Virus record (IMG/VR): IMGVR_UViG_3300036985_003045
From: a virus
Lineage: Duplodnaviria; Caudoviricetes
DNA length: 64,000 nt
Direction: 5' to 3' (one strand)
This document shows positions 19,962-28,684 of this stretch, in pieces. The position numbers and the translations under genes were made by a program. The notes below the pieces were generated by a model. The model was not told the DNA's origin. It saw nothing but the letters and a program-made list of their open reading frames with translations, and did no database searches. The first letter of the stretch is position 1. Every line of letters begins with the position of its first letter.

Positions 19962-20437
19962 GCATTTTCCTTTTTTGCAGTTAATGCTTTATAAAAATAA
20001 TGATTACCAATTTTTACACTGTGCTTTGGTCTCTTAGGATAATTATATTTAAAAGAATCAAATGAGTCTTTATTACCAATAGGATTTGGAAGTCTGCCAA
20101 ATAATAAATTTTTAGCAAGTTTATGATATTCTTCTTTATCTTCTCTCGGTATAAGTTTTTGTGTATACTGTTGTTTAACCACTGAACAAGCTGGTTTATG
20201 AAAGATTTTCTTTATCCTATTCATAATAGTATGACCAACTGCTAATTGACCTTTCAAAGATTCACCTCGTGCTTCTGAATAAATTGTTTCAGCAACACAA
20301 GAGATTTGTTTCATGTTAGATTTTGTAATTATATCGGTATGGGTTTTGGATATAATGTTCTTTTTGTTTGTTTCTGCCTGTACATTTACTGTAACAGCCA
20401 TTACTATACATAAGAGCATAAATTTTAGTGCTCGCAT
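19958..20437 (-). CDS. Cell-wall hydrolase, SleB/Hydrolase_2 family
   Basis: Signal peptide; CVAETIYSEARGES..GQLAVG..IMNR, IGNHYFY. Confidence 0.8.
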   Translation of the reverse strand: MRALKFMLLCIVMAVTVNVQAETNKKNIISKTHTDIITKSNMKQISCVAETIYSEARGESLKGQLAVGHTIMNRIKKIFHKPACSVVKQQYTQKLIPREDKEEYHKLAKNLLFGRLPNPIGNKDSFDSFKYNYPKRPKHSVKIGNHYFYKALTAKKENA

Positions 20438-20585
20438 GTGGTTCTCCTTTTATTAGTTACAGCATAATAAGAATTATTATGTTGCTTCCCGTATCAGTTG
20501 GACTCATTGCCTTTTTGATTTTTTTGGGATAATGATGTGTGTGGTCTATAGGCTTTCCTTTTATTAGTTTGTTTATATAAGGTAT

Positions 20586-20613
20586 ATTATATCACAAATA
20601 TACCTTATGTCAA
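20586..20613 (-). promoter_or_regulatory. Early promoter TTGACA-16-TATAAT (extended -10)
   Basis: TTGACA taaggtatatttgtga TATAAT, overlapped by an 11-bp inverted repeat. Confidence 0.75.
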
Positions 20614-20616
20614 GTG

Positions 20617-21030
20617 TTACTTACACCAAGATTCTTTCTTATCACCAAAATAATGTCTAGCAAAACCTTGTTTAATTAATTCTTCTGATAGGCTTTTATC
20701 ATCTAGCAATACATCACCTAATACTCTACCACCATACTTATCCCATTTTACTAATGAAACTTGTTGTTTCTTGCTATCTGCAACCAATTTCTTAGTAAAT
20801 TTTGAAGCAGCTTCACCTAATGCAGCTTCTTCTGGACACATTGCTCTATGTCCTTTTTCTGGGGTATCTACACCTAATACTCTAATTGATAAAACAGGTT
20901 TTAATGGTTTTGGTAAAAAGGGTGCTTGAAATTCTACAGTATCACCATCAATAACTCGTGTGATAGGAAAATCATAAATTTCAGCATGTGCAGTAGTTGA
21001 TAGTAATAATAATAACAATAATTTATTCAT
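20617..21030 (-). CDS. Thermonuclease (SNase-like) with signal peptide
   Basis: RVIDGDT, IRVLGVDTPE, DKYGGRVLG, GFARHYFG; likely start MNKLLLL. Confidence 0.85.
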   Translation of the reverse strand: MNKLLLLLLLSTTAHAEIYDFPITRVIDGDTVEFQAPFLPKPLKPVLSIRVLGVDTPEKGHRAMCPEEAALGEAASKFTKKLVADSKKQQVSLVKWDKYGGRVLGDVLLDDKSLSEELIKQGFARHYFGDKKESWCK

Positions 21031-21031
21031 A

Positions 21032-21733
21032 TTATGCAATAGCTCCAGCAACTCTACCTGCAGCAGAACCTAATCTTTCAGCACCAGAACTAACTGCACT
21101 TTTAAATTTATTCTTTACATTGGTAATACCAGTATCAATTTTGCTTGCTAACCCTGCAGTATCCGCTGATTGCTTCCTCATTGCACCTTGTGCTTCACGA
21201 GAAGATTGTGCTGCTGCTTGAGTTGCTCCTTTTGATTTTTCATAACGGCTAGATAATCCACCAACTTTTGCAGATTGAAATCCTGCTTTAATTTTACCAG
21301 ATAAACTACCTGTATCACTTGCAGGAACACTCTTAGCAACACCCAATTTACTACCTAATTTCTTTTGATTAATCAAAGATTTTTGATATTGACTAAGCAT
21401 TTGTTTTCCTTTTTGTTTAGCCAGTAAATTTTTAATACCATGTGCAGCACCAGCAACGAAAGTTCCAACAGATTCATCAAGCATCATTTCAATAATTTCA
21501 TCGAACAATTCTTGATTAACATCAATACCAGTTAATGCTTGATATGCAGATTCTTTTAATGATAAATGTTGATAATTTTCCATGAAATAATCCATTAGAA
21601 TAGATGTCATATAGGCATCATCTTCAGTCATTTCATATGATTCATCCATATCATAATGGTCATTAGAAATTGATTCTACTAATGCAATAAATAATTCTTC
21701 TGATTGTAATTTTTGTGCTTCGGTTAAATACAT
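21032..21733 (-). CDS. Hypothetical protein, possible head core/internal protein
   Basis: Acidic N-half with repeated LxE/xES motifs; Lys/Ala/Ser/Gly-rich basic C-half. Confidence 0.5.
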   Translation of the reverse strand: MYLTEAQKLQSEELFIALVESISNDHYDMDESYEMTEDDAYMTSILMDYFMENYQHLSLKESAYQALTGIDVNQELFDEIIEMMLDESVGTFVAGAAHGIKNLLAKQKGKQMLSQYQKSLINQKKLGSKLGVAKSVPASDTGSLSGKIKAGFQSAKVGGLSSRYEKSKGATQAAAQSSREAQGAMRKQSADTAGLASKIDTGITNVKNKFKSAVSSGAERLGSAAGRVAGAIA

Positions 21734-21750
21734 ATGGGTTCCTTAATTAA

Positions 21751-22269
21751 TTAATCTTTTTCTATATGGGGAACAATTTCTTTATCCCAATAATTCTTAA
21801 ATCCAGTTTTTCTGTTTATATCGGTAGTTGTTTGTCCAGTTTTATCTGCAACTTTTTTGATTGCTGTTTGATACTTTTTTGTTCTATCTTTACTTTTTTC
21901 TACATCAAAACCTTTATGGTCATCCCCTACCATTGTCCATTTTTGGTGATAAATTTGTGGACTAGCAGTAGTTTTTCTAAATTTATGTTCCCCTGTTGAA
22001 GTTACCTTTACAGAATCACCAACAGTGGGTTCATGAGCAGTATTCCAATCAGGAGAATGTAAAAATGAAACATCATTAGTTTTAGCATTATGTTTAACTA
22101 TAGTATGATGAAAATCTGGATAATTCTTTTTCACCACTGCTAATGCTTTATCATGTACATCTTTTGGTATATTGGTTTTATCAACATAATCCTTATGTAC
22201 ATAAAAATCTGATGGAGTTTTCTTTCCTATTTTCCTTTCTTCAGATAAAAAGGTTTTAAATGATATCAT
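21751..22269 (-). CDS. Putative internal head protein with a domain resembling the accessory part of phosphorothioation-associated MTases
   Basis: N-term MISFKTFLSEE; KK.P..FYVH, SFL.SPDW...HEP, PQIYHQK. Confidence 0.5.
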   Translation of the reverse strand: MISFKTFLSEERKIGKKTPSDFYVHKDYVDKTNIPKDVHDKALAVVKKNYPDFHHTIVKHNAKTNDVSFLHSPDWNTAHEPTVGDSVKVTSTGEHKFRKTTASPQIYHQKWTMVGDDHKGFDVEKSKDRTKKYQTAIKKVADKTGQTTTDINRKTGFKNYWDKEIVPHIEKD

Positions 22270-22697
22270 TTTATTATTTTCCTAGTTACAATTCCATGAG
22301 CAACATCTTTTTCACTAGACCATCTTTTAGCATGTGTTATAGGATACATATATTTAACACCACCTGGTTTAATATCAAATGCACTATCTTTTGGAACTAA
22401 GTGTTGATGTTCTCTTGCTCTAAAATCATGTTCGCCTACAACAATGGGTTCACCAATCTTACAATGTCCTATTGCTTTAGCTTTACCTTCACCAGTTCTA
22501 ACAATACCTACTTTCTTACCCACTAAATGTTTAAGTGAATGAGAATTTCTAGTTTCATATTGTTTTTTACCATCAACTATTGCATCAGCATAAGAAATAC
22601 CAGCTTTCTTGTCACTACGAACATTCAAACCCATTTTAATATCATCTGATTCAATGATAAAGCATTCTTCAGATATAAATTCTTTAAATGATATCAT
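22266..22697 (-). CDS. Putative internal head protein, ASCH/PUA-like domain
   Basis: N-term MISFKEFISEE; YADAIVDGKKQYETR, G.AKAIG. Confidence 0.7.
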   Translation of the reverse strand: MISFKEFISEECFIIESDDIKMGLNVRSDKKAGISYADAIVDGKKQYETRNSHSLKHLVGKKVGIVRTGEGKAKAIGHCKIGEPIVVGEHDFRAREHQHLVPKDSAFDIKPGGVKYMYPITHAKRWSSEKDVAHGIVTRKIIK

Positions 22698-23266
22698 TAT
22701 CTTTGTCTAATGATAATATGACCACTTTTATGGGTTACTTCGTGTGTACTATCTGGAAATACTTTCTTAATCTCAGGCATATATGTATCAGTTTTTCTGT
22801 GGTTTTGCCAAGAACTACCTCTACCCTTATCATTTTTGGTTTGTCTTTCATTACCGGATTTATCACCTTCATATGTAGTTATATGAGCAATACCAGTTTT
22901 AGGTTTCATAAATGATTTAACTTGATGTAATGCTGCTATTCTATGTTCAGGTTCTTTAATTACATTTAGAACATTATGCATACCAGTATAATCAGCATTT
23001 CCTTCAGCATTTTTCTTTACATCCTTGTTGTGCCCTTCTGTTCTATTAAACGGGTCGTGAACATGTAGTTTTGCCCCTTTAATGCTACTTTCTACATGTT
23101 CTTTACCAGCATCATATTTACCGCCACCATTTTCAACATTTACACTATTTGGTTTTATTAAACCTTTAGAAACTGCATGTCTTATGCCAGCAGATACTTG
23201 ATTTAATGAGGTATCTGCACTGGTATGTTCTTGAGCTTCTTCTAAATATTGTTTAAATGATATCAT
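22697..23266 (-). CDS. Putative internal head protein, SAM-dependent methyltransferase fold
   Basis: N-term MISFKQYLEEA; ENGGGKY (motif I-like), HDPF, ADY...NVLNVI. Confidence 0.65.
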   Translation of the reverse strand: MISFKQYLEEAQEHTSADTSLNQVSAGIRHAVSKGLIKPNSVNVENGGGKYDAGKEHVESSIKGAKLHVHDPFNRTEGHNKDVKKNAEGNADYTGMHNVLNVIKEPEHRIAALHQVKSFMKPKTGIAHITTYEGDKSGNERQTKNDKGRGSSWQNHRKTDTYMPEIKKVFPDSTHEVTHKSGHIIIRQR

Positions 23267-23541
23267 TGGATATCCTTGAACTTTCCATATTGAACCTCGT
23301 GGTCAAATTTAATAGCATCTTTTGCTTTATCTATATTCTTAAATTTGCGTTGACCCAACTTGCCACCAGTTACATAAAAATTATTACCCCCATGACGACT
23401 TATTTGCGGGGTTTCTGTGGTCCATTTATGTCCACTGAGTGGGCTTTTATGTGATGTTGTATTAGTTTCTTTTGAAATGTGGCAATGCATAAACTTACCA
23501 CATCCATCAGATTCGTTAATAAATTCTTTAAATAATAACAT
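23263..23541 (-). CDS. Putative internal head protein, unknown function
   Basis: N-term MLLFKEFINES; basic, His-rich. Confidence 0.55.
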   Translation of the reverse strand: MLLFKEFINESDGCGKFMHCHISKETNTTSHKSPLSGHKWTTETPQISRHGGNNFYVTGGKLGQRKFKNIDKAKDAIKFDHEVQYGKFKDIQ

Positions 23542-23574
23542 GAAATATCCTAATAAATTTTACTAATATATATC

Positions 23575-23582
23575 TATTTATA
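23575..23582 (-). promoter_or_regulatory. T4-type late promoter for the internal-protein cassette
   Basis: Exact TATAAATA overlapping the phoH stop codon. Confidence 0.75.
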
Positions 23583-24348
23583 ATCCTAAGTTTTCTTTAG
23601 CTATAATATACTGTTTAACCAAACTAGACCTAACAATATCTTCACTTGTAAAATGTATACGACAAAATTCATCCATACTATTTGCAATTTGAATGAATGT
23701 AGGCATACCAGAAACTTCAGATGATTTCTTAAGTAAATCATTTTGACCAGTATCACCAACAAACAAAATCTTTGATTGATGACCTATACGAGTTACAACA
23801 GTATCTAATTCTTGAAAAGTACAATTTTGACATTCATCTAATATAACTACTGAATTATCAAAAGACATTCCACGCATAGCAGTTGTAGTAGTAAATTCAA
23901 TAAAACCTTGTTCTTTCAATCTCTGATAAGCATCTTTCTTACCAAATAGAATTGAACAAATTTGAATATAAGGGTCTTCATAGATTGAGGTTTTTTCTTC
24001 AAGAGAACCTTTGAGGAAACCAACATCCCTTGTTTGAACTGCTGAACGAACAAGTAATACTTGGTTAAATGAATTGCTTTTATCCATAACTTCTTCTAAT
24101 GCTTTATAAAGAGCAATGAAAGATTTTCCTGTACCTGCACTACCGGATAACATCATAAAATATTCACCTAAATTATAGGATTCAAAGAATGATTTCTGAT
24201 TTTCGGTTAGTGGTTTAAATGTTTTTAAATCTTCTATACGCATTTTTAGCCGATTTGATTGTATTCCTTGTACTAGTTTATCATTGGAAGGTTGGTATTT
24301 TGATAAATCTTCAAAATGTGTATCTACAATCTTAGGTCTACGTGCCAT
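23578..24348 (-). CDS. phoH: PhoH-like ATPase
   Basis: GSAGTGKS, GFLKGS, RGMSF, DECQN, TRIG, GDTGQND, IVRSSLVK. Confidence 0.95.
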   Translation of the reverse strand: MARRPKIVDTHFEDLSKYQPSNDKLVQGIQSNRLKMRIEDLKTFKPLTENQKSFFESYNLGEYFMMLSGSAGTGKSFIALYKALEEVMDKSNSFNQVLLVRSAVQTRDVGFLKGSLEEKTSIYEDPYIQICSILFGKKDAYQRLKEQGFIEFTTTTAMRGMSFDNSVVILDECQNCTFQELDTVVTRIGHQSKILFVGDTGQNDLLKKSSEVSGMPTFIQIANSMDEFCRIHFTSEDIVRSSLVKQYIIAKENLGL

Positions 24349-24416
24349 ATAAATCCTTATTAGTTGATGAAAAGTTATGTTAGAAATTGTATACTAACAT
24401 AACTATATATCATTAA

Positions 24417-24584
24417 CTAATAAGTCAATCTTTCTATTTCTAATTTATTATCTTGCCATTGATATTCATAATATTTCAGTTCACGTTCATGTTCCCTTTG
24501 TATTAAAGCAAATTCAAATTTACTTCTTTCAATAATATCTTCTAAAGCTTCTTGGTCCAGTTTAGCTCTTTCTAATTCAAACAT
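24417..24584 (-). CDS. Hypothetical protein, 55 aa
   Basis: Own translation MFELERAKLDQEALEDII..., with an RBS. Confidence 0.5.
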   Translation of the reverse strand: MFELERAKLDQEALEDIIERSKFEFALIQREHERELKYYEYQWQDNKLEIERLTY

Positions 24585-24593
24585 AATATATTC

Positions 24594-24875
24594 CTACCAT
24601 TCTCGTGAACAAACAGTCTTATGACCATCTTTGATTGTGTTTTGACCTACATTCTCTTTCATTCTACCAATTACATATTTTTCAAAAGAAGAATCAGCTT
24701 TCTTAGTACCTGGAACACTCATTCTCATAGCATCAGATAACACAGGCAGATTACCCCCAGTAAAATACATTTCTAAATGTGGATTGTTCTCTTTGAAATC
24801 ATCCAATTTAGTATAAGACATGGTATATTCTTTTACTTCTCCGGTATTTTTGTTTATAAAATCATAATTAGCCAT
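24594..24875 (-). CDS. Conserved phage hypothetical protein (FmdB-like N-terminus)
   Basis: MANYDFINKNTGE...MSY..LD.FK..NPHLE. Confidence 0.6.
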   Translation of the reverse strand: MANYDFINKNTGEVKEYTMSYTKLDDFKENNPHLEMYFTGGNLPVLSDAMRMSVPGTKKADSSFEKYVIGRMKENVGQNTIKDGHKTVCSREW

Positions 24876-25299
24876 TCATTTCCCCAAATGTGGGTAATAG
24901 TTCTAAAAATTGATTATGTGTAATTATTTTTACTTTAGGATGATGAAATCTTTTTGATAGAAACCATTCATTGTTTAATAGTGTCCAACCTATACCACCA
25001 CAAACTATATATGCACTATCATAGTTGTATTCTTCACAGGCATATTGTAACATATGCCATTCATTAGCTACTTTTTCTTCAGCAGTACCTTTAACATTTT
25101 GTAATTTAGCAGATATTATAACACGTTCATTATATAAAGTATCTACAATAAATTTACTACCTGTAGGTTTTTTACCTATACATTTTTGAGCAACCACAAA
25201 ACCATTTTGTTGCTTCAATAAATTTACTAAATGTTTTTCATAGATTTTGTCATTTTTAAAAGGATTTGTTGGAATTTTTTCACCGAATACATTCATCAT
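24868..25299 (-). CDS. PD-(D/E)XK nuclease-like protein
   Basis: VD....IISAKLQNVKGTAEEK, YIVCGGIGW. Confidence 0.6.
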   Translation of the reverse strand: MMNVFGEKIPTNPFKNDKIYEKHLVNLLKQQNGFVVAQKCIGKKPTGSKFIVDTLYNERVIISAKLQNVKGTAEEKVANEWHMLQYACEEYNYDSAYIVCGGIGWTLLNNEWFLSKRFHHPKVKIITHNQFLELLPTFGEMNG

Positions 25300-25305
25300 A
25301 CTTCC

Positions 25306-25641
25306 TTATTTAATTGTTGCAGGTCTTCCTGCTTTTCTTTTAATAACATCATTGATGGTTTCAGCCAAATCATCACTAGGTGATACAAATGTACTGGGTT
25401 TTGAGATTGATTCAATTCGTTTAGCAATATCATCAACAGAAACTGTTTGAACTACAAATTGTTTAAATTCATCATAGTTATTTTTAACATTCATTGCTAA
25501 TCTTGCAGGGTCAATCATTGGGTCTTTTTCAAAAAATAAAGCACATCCACCATCTTTTAGTGGTGCAATTTCTAATACTTTTTCCAAATCAATAATAACT
25601 TTGCAACTTTTCTCTACACTATCCACTTCTACAAATAACAT
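25306..25641 (-). CDS. Hypothetical protein
   Basis: ORF in operon; C-terminal KRKAGRP. Confidence 0.6.
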   Translation of the reverse strand: MLFVEVDSVEKSCKVIIDLEKVLEIAPLKDGGCALFFEKDPMIDPARLAMNVKNNYDEFKQFVVQTVSVDDIAKRIESISKPSTFVSPSDDLAETINDVIKRKAGRPATIK

Positions 25642-25922
25642 TAACCTTTCCCCATAAAATAAAATAATTGAAATTTTAAACTTTCTACAAATGTATATAG
25701 TTGATTATAAAATACATATACTAATAATTCTAAAACTAATAATAATATTGTAGTTATCATTAGCATCTTAATAGATTCTTCTTTATAATATGAAATTTCT
25801 AATTCAATCATATCACCTTGTGCTTCTAACATTGGATTATCATCACCCATAGTCAATAAGTCTTTTTTAAGTGCAGCTAATCGTTTTTTGGCATACCAAT
25901 AATAATATATACTTTTCACCAA
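25641..25922 (-). CDS. Hypothetical membrane protein
   Basis: One hydrophobic helix; first gene after a promoter. Confidence 0.6.
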   Translation of the reverse strand: MVKSIYYYWYAKKRLAALKKDLLTMGDDNPMLEAQGDMIELEISYYKEESIKMLMITTILLLVLELLVYVFYNQLYTFVESLKFQLFYFMGKG

Positions 25923-25950
25923 TCTTCCTCTTTAGTAATGTTTATTTAAT

Positions 25951-25978
25951 ATAATATCATAGATATGTATATTGTCAA
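25951..25978 (-). promoter_or_regulatory. Early promoter TTGACA-16-TATTAT
   Basis: TTGACA atatacatatctatga TATTAT. Confidence 0.65.
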
Positions 25979-26001
25979 GGTATCATTTTACTAATTGTAA
26001 A

Positions 26002-26268
26002 CTAAAACCACTCGGATTCAGTTAATTCAAAAGATTTTTCTTTTAAAGTTTTTTGTTTAAAGGATTTGCGTGGGTTCATACACATGACACAATCTGGGTC
26101 ACCACAATTCATAGCTTTAGTTTTAGCATATCTATGTGATTCATATTCATGTTCAGGTACATTATGACATTTTGCAATTCTTTGTTGTTTCTTTATAAAA
26201 TTATCAGTTTCTTGTCTTCGTTTTGAACGTTTTGTTTCTTGTATTTCATCTAAATAAAGTTCTATCAT
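26002..26268 (-). CDS. Conserved phage hypothetical protein with Cys cluster
   Basis: AMNCGDPDCVMCMNPRK. Confidence 0.65.
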   Translation of the reverse strand: MIELYLDEIQETKRSKRRQETDNFIKKQQRIAKCHNVPEHEYESHRYAKTKAMNCGDPDCVMCMNPRKSFKQKTLKEKSFELTESEWF

Positions 26269-26277
26269 TTTCTTATC

Positions 26278-26505
26278 TCAAGTTAAATCCCATTCTATTT
26301 TCAATTTTCCGATGTATTGATAATCTTCTATAGAATTCTGTATATCTTTTGGTGCAGTTGATGGAGCAATAAAAATATAATCTGAATGGTCACCTTCTTT
26401 AGGAGATAATATATCATTCAAATATTTTAAAGCATCTAAGGCAGAATGGAAAGTTTTCATACCTTTGTTGTTATATAAACTTGGTTTGCATATGTAATTA
26501 AGCAT
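26278..26505 (-). CDS. Hypothetical protein (start trimmed relative to the track)
   Basis: MLNYICKPS...; the upstream extension overlaps a better ORF in another frame. Confidence 0.55.
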   Translation of the reverse strand: MLNYICKPSLYNNKGMKTFHSALDALKYLNDILSPKEGDHSDYIFIAPSTAPKDIQNSIEDYQYIGKLKIEWDLT

Positions 26506-26668
26506 TTTCGTATATTCTGGTTTTAGGGTTATAAAGCATCCCTTTTTTAGGGTCATAATAAAAAACAATTCCATTTTGTCGTATTGGTCCAAGAAATCCT
26601 TCTCGTTTTGTATATCCATCTAAATTAATACTAGGTTCTACAGCTATTGGTTTAAACTGAAGTTGCAT
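26498..26668 (-). CDS. Small conserved phage protein, 56 aa
   Basis: AGGA RBS; GFLGPIRQNGIVFYYDPKKG motif. Confidence 0.6.
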   Translation of the reverse strand: MQLQFKPIAVEPSINLDGYTKREGFLGPIRQNGIVFYYDPKKGMLYNPKTRIYENA

Positions 26669-26675
26669 TTTTATC

Positions 26676-27773
26676 CTATTTTATAGAGGTTAATAATACC
26701 ACATCTACATTGATTCTCCCATTCAGTAAAGATTCAACAGAATTAATGTCAGACATGACCTTTTTTAATATGGTTTTTTTACCTTTAATAACATTAGGTA
26801 TAATATCTAATGGTTTCCTTAAAGTTTTTTGTATTGACAATTCTTTATTATAATTATCAATAGTAGAACCTTTAATACTTAATCCAGATTCATCATTAGA
26901 AATATATATACCAAGCTTTCTGGTTTTTGTATTAAAAATCCAAAGATTTTGACATCCAATAATACTTTCTGGTTTAATTGATACAATTTTATATTCAGGG
27001 TCTTCTTTTTTGTAATTTAATTTCAATACTTTTTTAGATATAGGTACAGCTTTTTTCTTACGAGGTGTTTTAGTTACTTTTGAATTTGTTTTAAAACCAT
27101 CACAATCGGACATAATCAAATCTAAAAACTGATTTAATTTCTTCAATTCATTTTTAGTGTAATTGGAATATCCTTCAATCAATTGTTCATCTTGTCCAAC
27201 AATAACTTCTTTAACCTCAAGACAGAAGGGTTTAAAATGTTCAATTATTTGTTTAACATGAAGTGTTTTACATTCTTGGGCAATAAGATATTCATATACT
27301 TTTAATGAATAATCACGAGCATCAATTTTATCTTCAATTTCATTAATAATATCAGTACATTGATTATAGATTTTGTCTTGAGTTATTTCTTTAGTTTTTA
27401 TGGGTTTATCAACTATAATAGATTGTATAGTAATTGGTTTATAATTAGCCAATTCATCTATTCTAATATTAATCCATGATAATTGTTCTATTGATGCTTG
27501 GTATCCACGAGAAATCATTCTTAAAATGTAACCAAGATTTTTAATATTCCATTCAGAAGCTATAGATATTTTATTTATAATCTTCGAATCATATTTATTA
27601 TTTTTTAAATATGTAAGAGTATAAATTTTTGAATCTTTATATGTTTTTATATTAGAATACCAATTTAAAGCCCTAACAAAACCACACACATCTTTTTGTG
27701 TAAAGTCTGGTTCAGGACCACCTTGAAGTGCATCTAAAGCACGACCTTTAAGTTTCTTAACAGTTTCAGCCAT
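26676..27773 (-). CDS. Conserved T4-like hypothetical protein
   Basis: ALNWYSN, QLIEGYS, LWIFNTKTRKLG, QKTLRKP, LNGRIN. Confidence 0.7.
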   Translation of the reverse strand: MAETVKKLKGRALDALQGGPEPDFTQKDVCGFVRALNWYSNIKTYKDSKIYTLTYLKNNKYDSKIINKISIASEWNIKNLGYILRMISRGYQASIEQLSWINIRIDELANYKPITIQSIIVDKPIKTKEITQDKIYNQCTDIINEIEDKIDARDYSLKVYEYLIAQECKTLHVKQIIEHFKPFCLEVKEVIVGQDEQLIEGYSNYTKNELKKLNQFLDLIMSDCDGFKTNSKVTKTPRKKKAVPISKKVLKLNYKKEDPEYKIVSIKPESIIGCQNLWIFNTKTRKLGIYISNDESGLSIKGSTIDNYNKELSIQKTLRKPLDIIPNVIKGKKTILKKVMSDINSVESLLNGRINVDVVLLTSIK

Positions 27774-27774
27774 A

Positions 27775-28170
27775 TTAATTCTCTACAATTTCAACTAGAG
27801 TAACTGAATCGACTCTAAAAGACCTATATCCATCTTTTTCAATATCATAAACTACAACAACATTTTCATTAGTAGCTTTTCGTTCTTGTTTTTCCACAAT
27901 AGATTCAATAGCTATTTCTTCAATGATTTCTTTTTTAGGAAGAAATTCAGATTTCAATGTTCCCTTTAAAACTCTAACTTCACCATTAAGTTTAGTAAAA
28001 GTAATATTAGCAACATTATTATATAGTAATTCTGTTAATTCAACTTTAGTCATTTTATCACCTATTTTAGGGATAGATTTATTACCAAATATCCTATCCC
28101 AATTATCATCATATTTTTGTTTATCGGTGGGTCTAGTTCTTGAACCTTTACCCCCATGTGTTACTGTCAT
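27775..28170 (-). CDS. WYL_2/SH3-like fold protein with an N-terminal GGKGS extension
   Basis: ITFTKLNGEVRVLKGTL, VYDIEKDGYRSFRVDSV. Confidence 0.7.
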   Translation of the reverse strand: MTVTHGGKGSRTRPTDKQKYDDNWDRIFGNKSIPKIGDKMTKVELTELLYNNVANITFTKLNGEVRVLKGTLKSEFLPKKEIIEEIAIESIVEKQERKATNENVVVVYDIEKDGYRSFRVDSVTLVEIVEN

Positions 28171-28180
28171 ATATTATTAC

Positions 28181-28684
28181 CTATCCAAAATTAGCAAATT
28201 CGCCATGATATTTTATTGCTGCTTTTTTATAAGCTTCATATGCTTCTTCTGCAGTAATAAAAGTACCTAAGTGCATTGAGGAGTTTCCACCAACACGAAT
28301 TCTAGCATGAAAATTTTTATTTTTTTTATTAAAAGATACTCCTTTAAATCCAGTAGTATTATTTTTGTAAAGTTTGCTATTATATCCATTTTGTGGATTT
28401 GTTGCTGGTCTTAAATTTTTAATCAAATTATTATTTCCATCACCATCAATATGGTCAACTTTTCTAGGTAAATGTCCATGATGCATCAAAAATATAAGTC
28501 TGTGTGCTAGATAATTTTTTTCATGTATTTTTATGCAACGATATTTACCTTTATTTTGACTAAATCCCGCTTCAACACCAATTACTTCTTTAGAACATTT
28601 TATATATCTAATATCTATTTTCCAAAATAATTTCCCATCTTTATATTCAAATAATTCATGTAATGATTTTTGTGTTATTTTCAT
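28181..28684 (-). mobile_element. HNH homing endonuclease with AP2-like domain
   Basis: AHRLIF..HHG, VDHIDGDGNNNLIKNLR, GFKGV, LGTF.TAEEA.EAY. Confidence 0.88.

Noticed and set aside
20438-20560. c-di-AMP or c-di-GMP riboswitch before the cell-wall hydrolase
   Set aside because: Conserved motifs of those families are missing; kept only as an unexplained leader
22688-23454. Plus-strand ORFs starting MISL (22688-22915, 23257-23454)
   Set aside because: Artefacts of the AATGATATCATT palindromes; antisense to the cassette genes
24349-24416. Pho box upstream of phoH or plcP
   Set aside because: No tandem CTGTCAT-like 11-bp repeat recognised
26506-26619. N-terminal extension of track ORF 26278-26619
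   Set aside because: Overlaps a better 56-aa ORF (26498-26668) with an RBS and a recognisable motif
27775-28170. Fusion of a GGKGS mini-protein to the SH3-like domain as a novel architecture
   Set aside because: An internal Met (KMTKVEL) could start the second domain; it may be a trivial loss of a stop, with no further support
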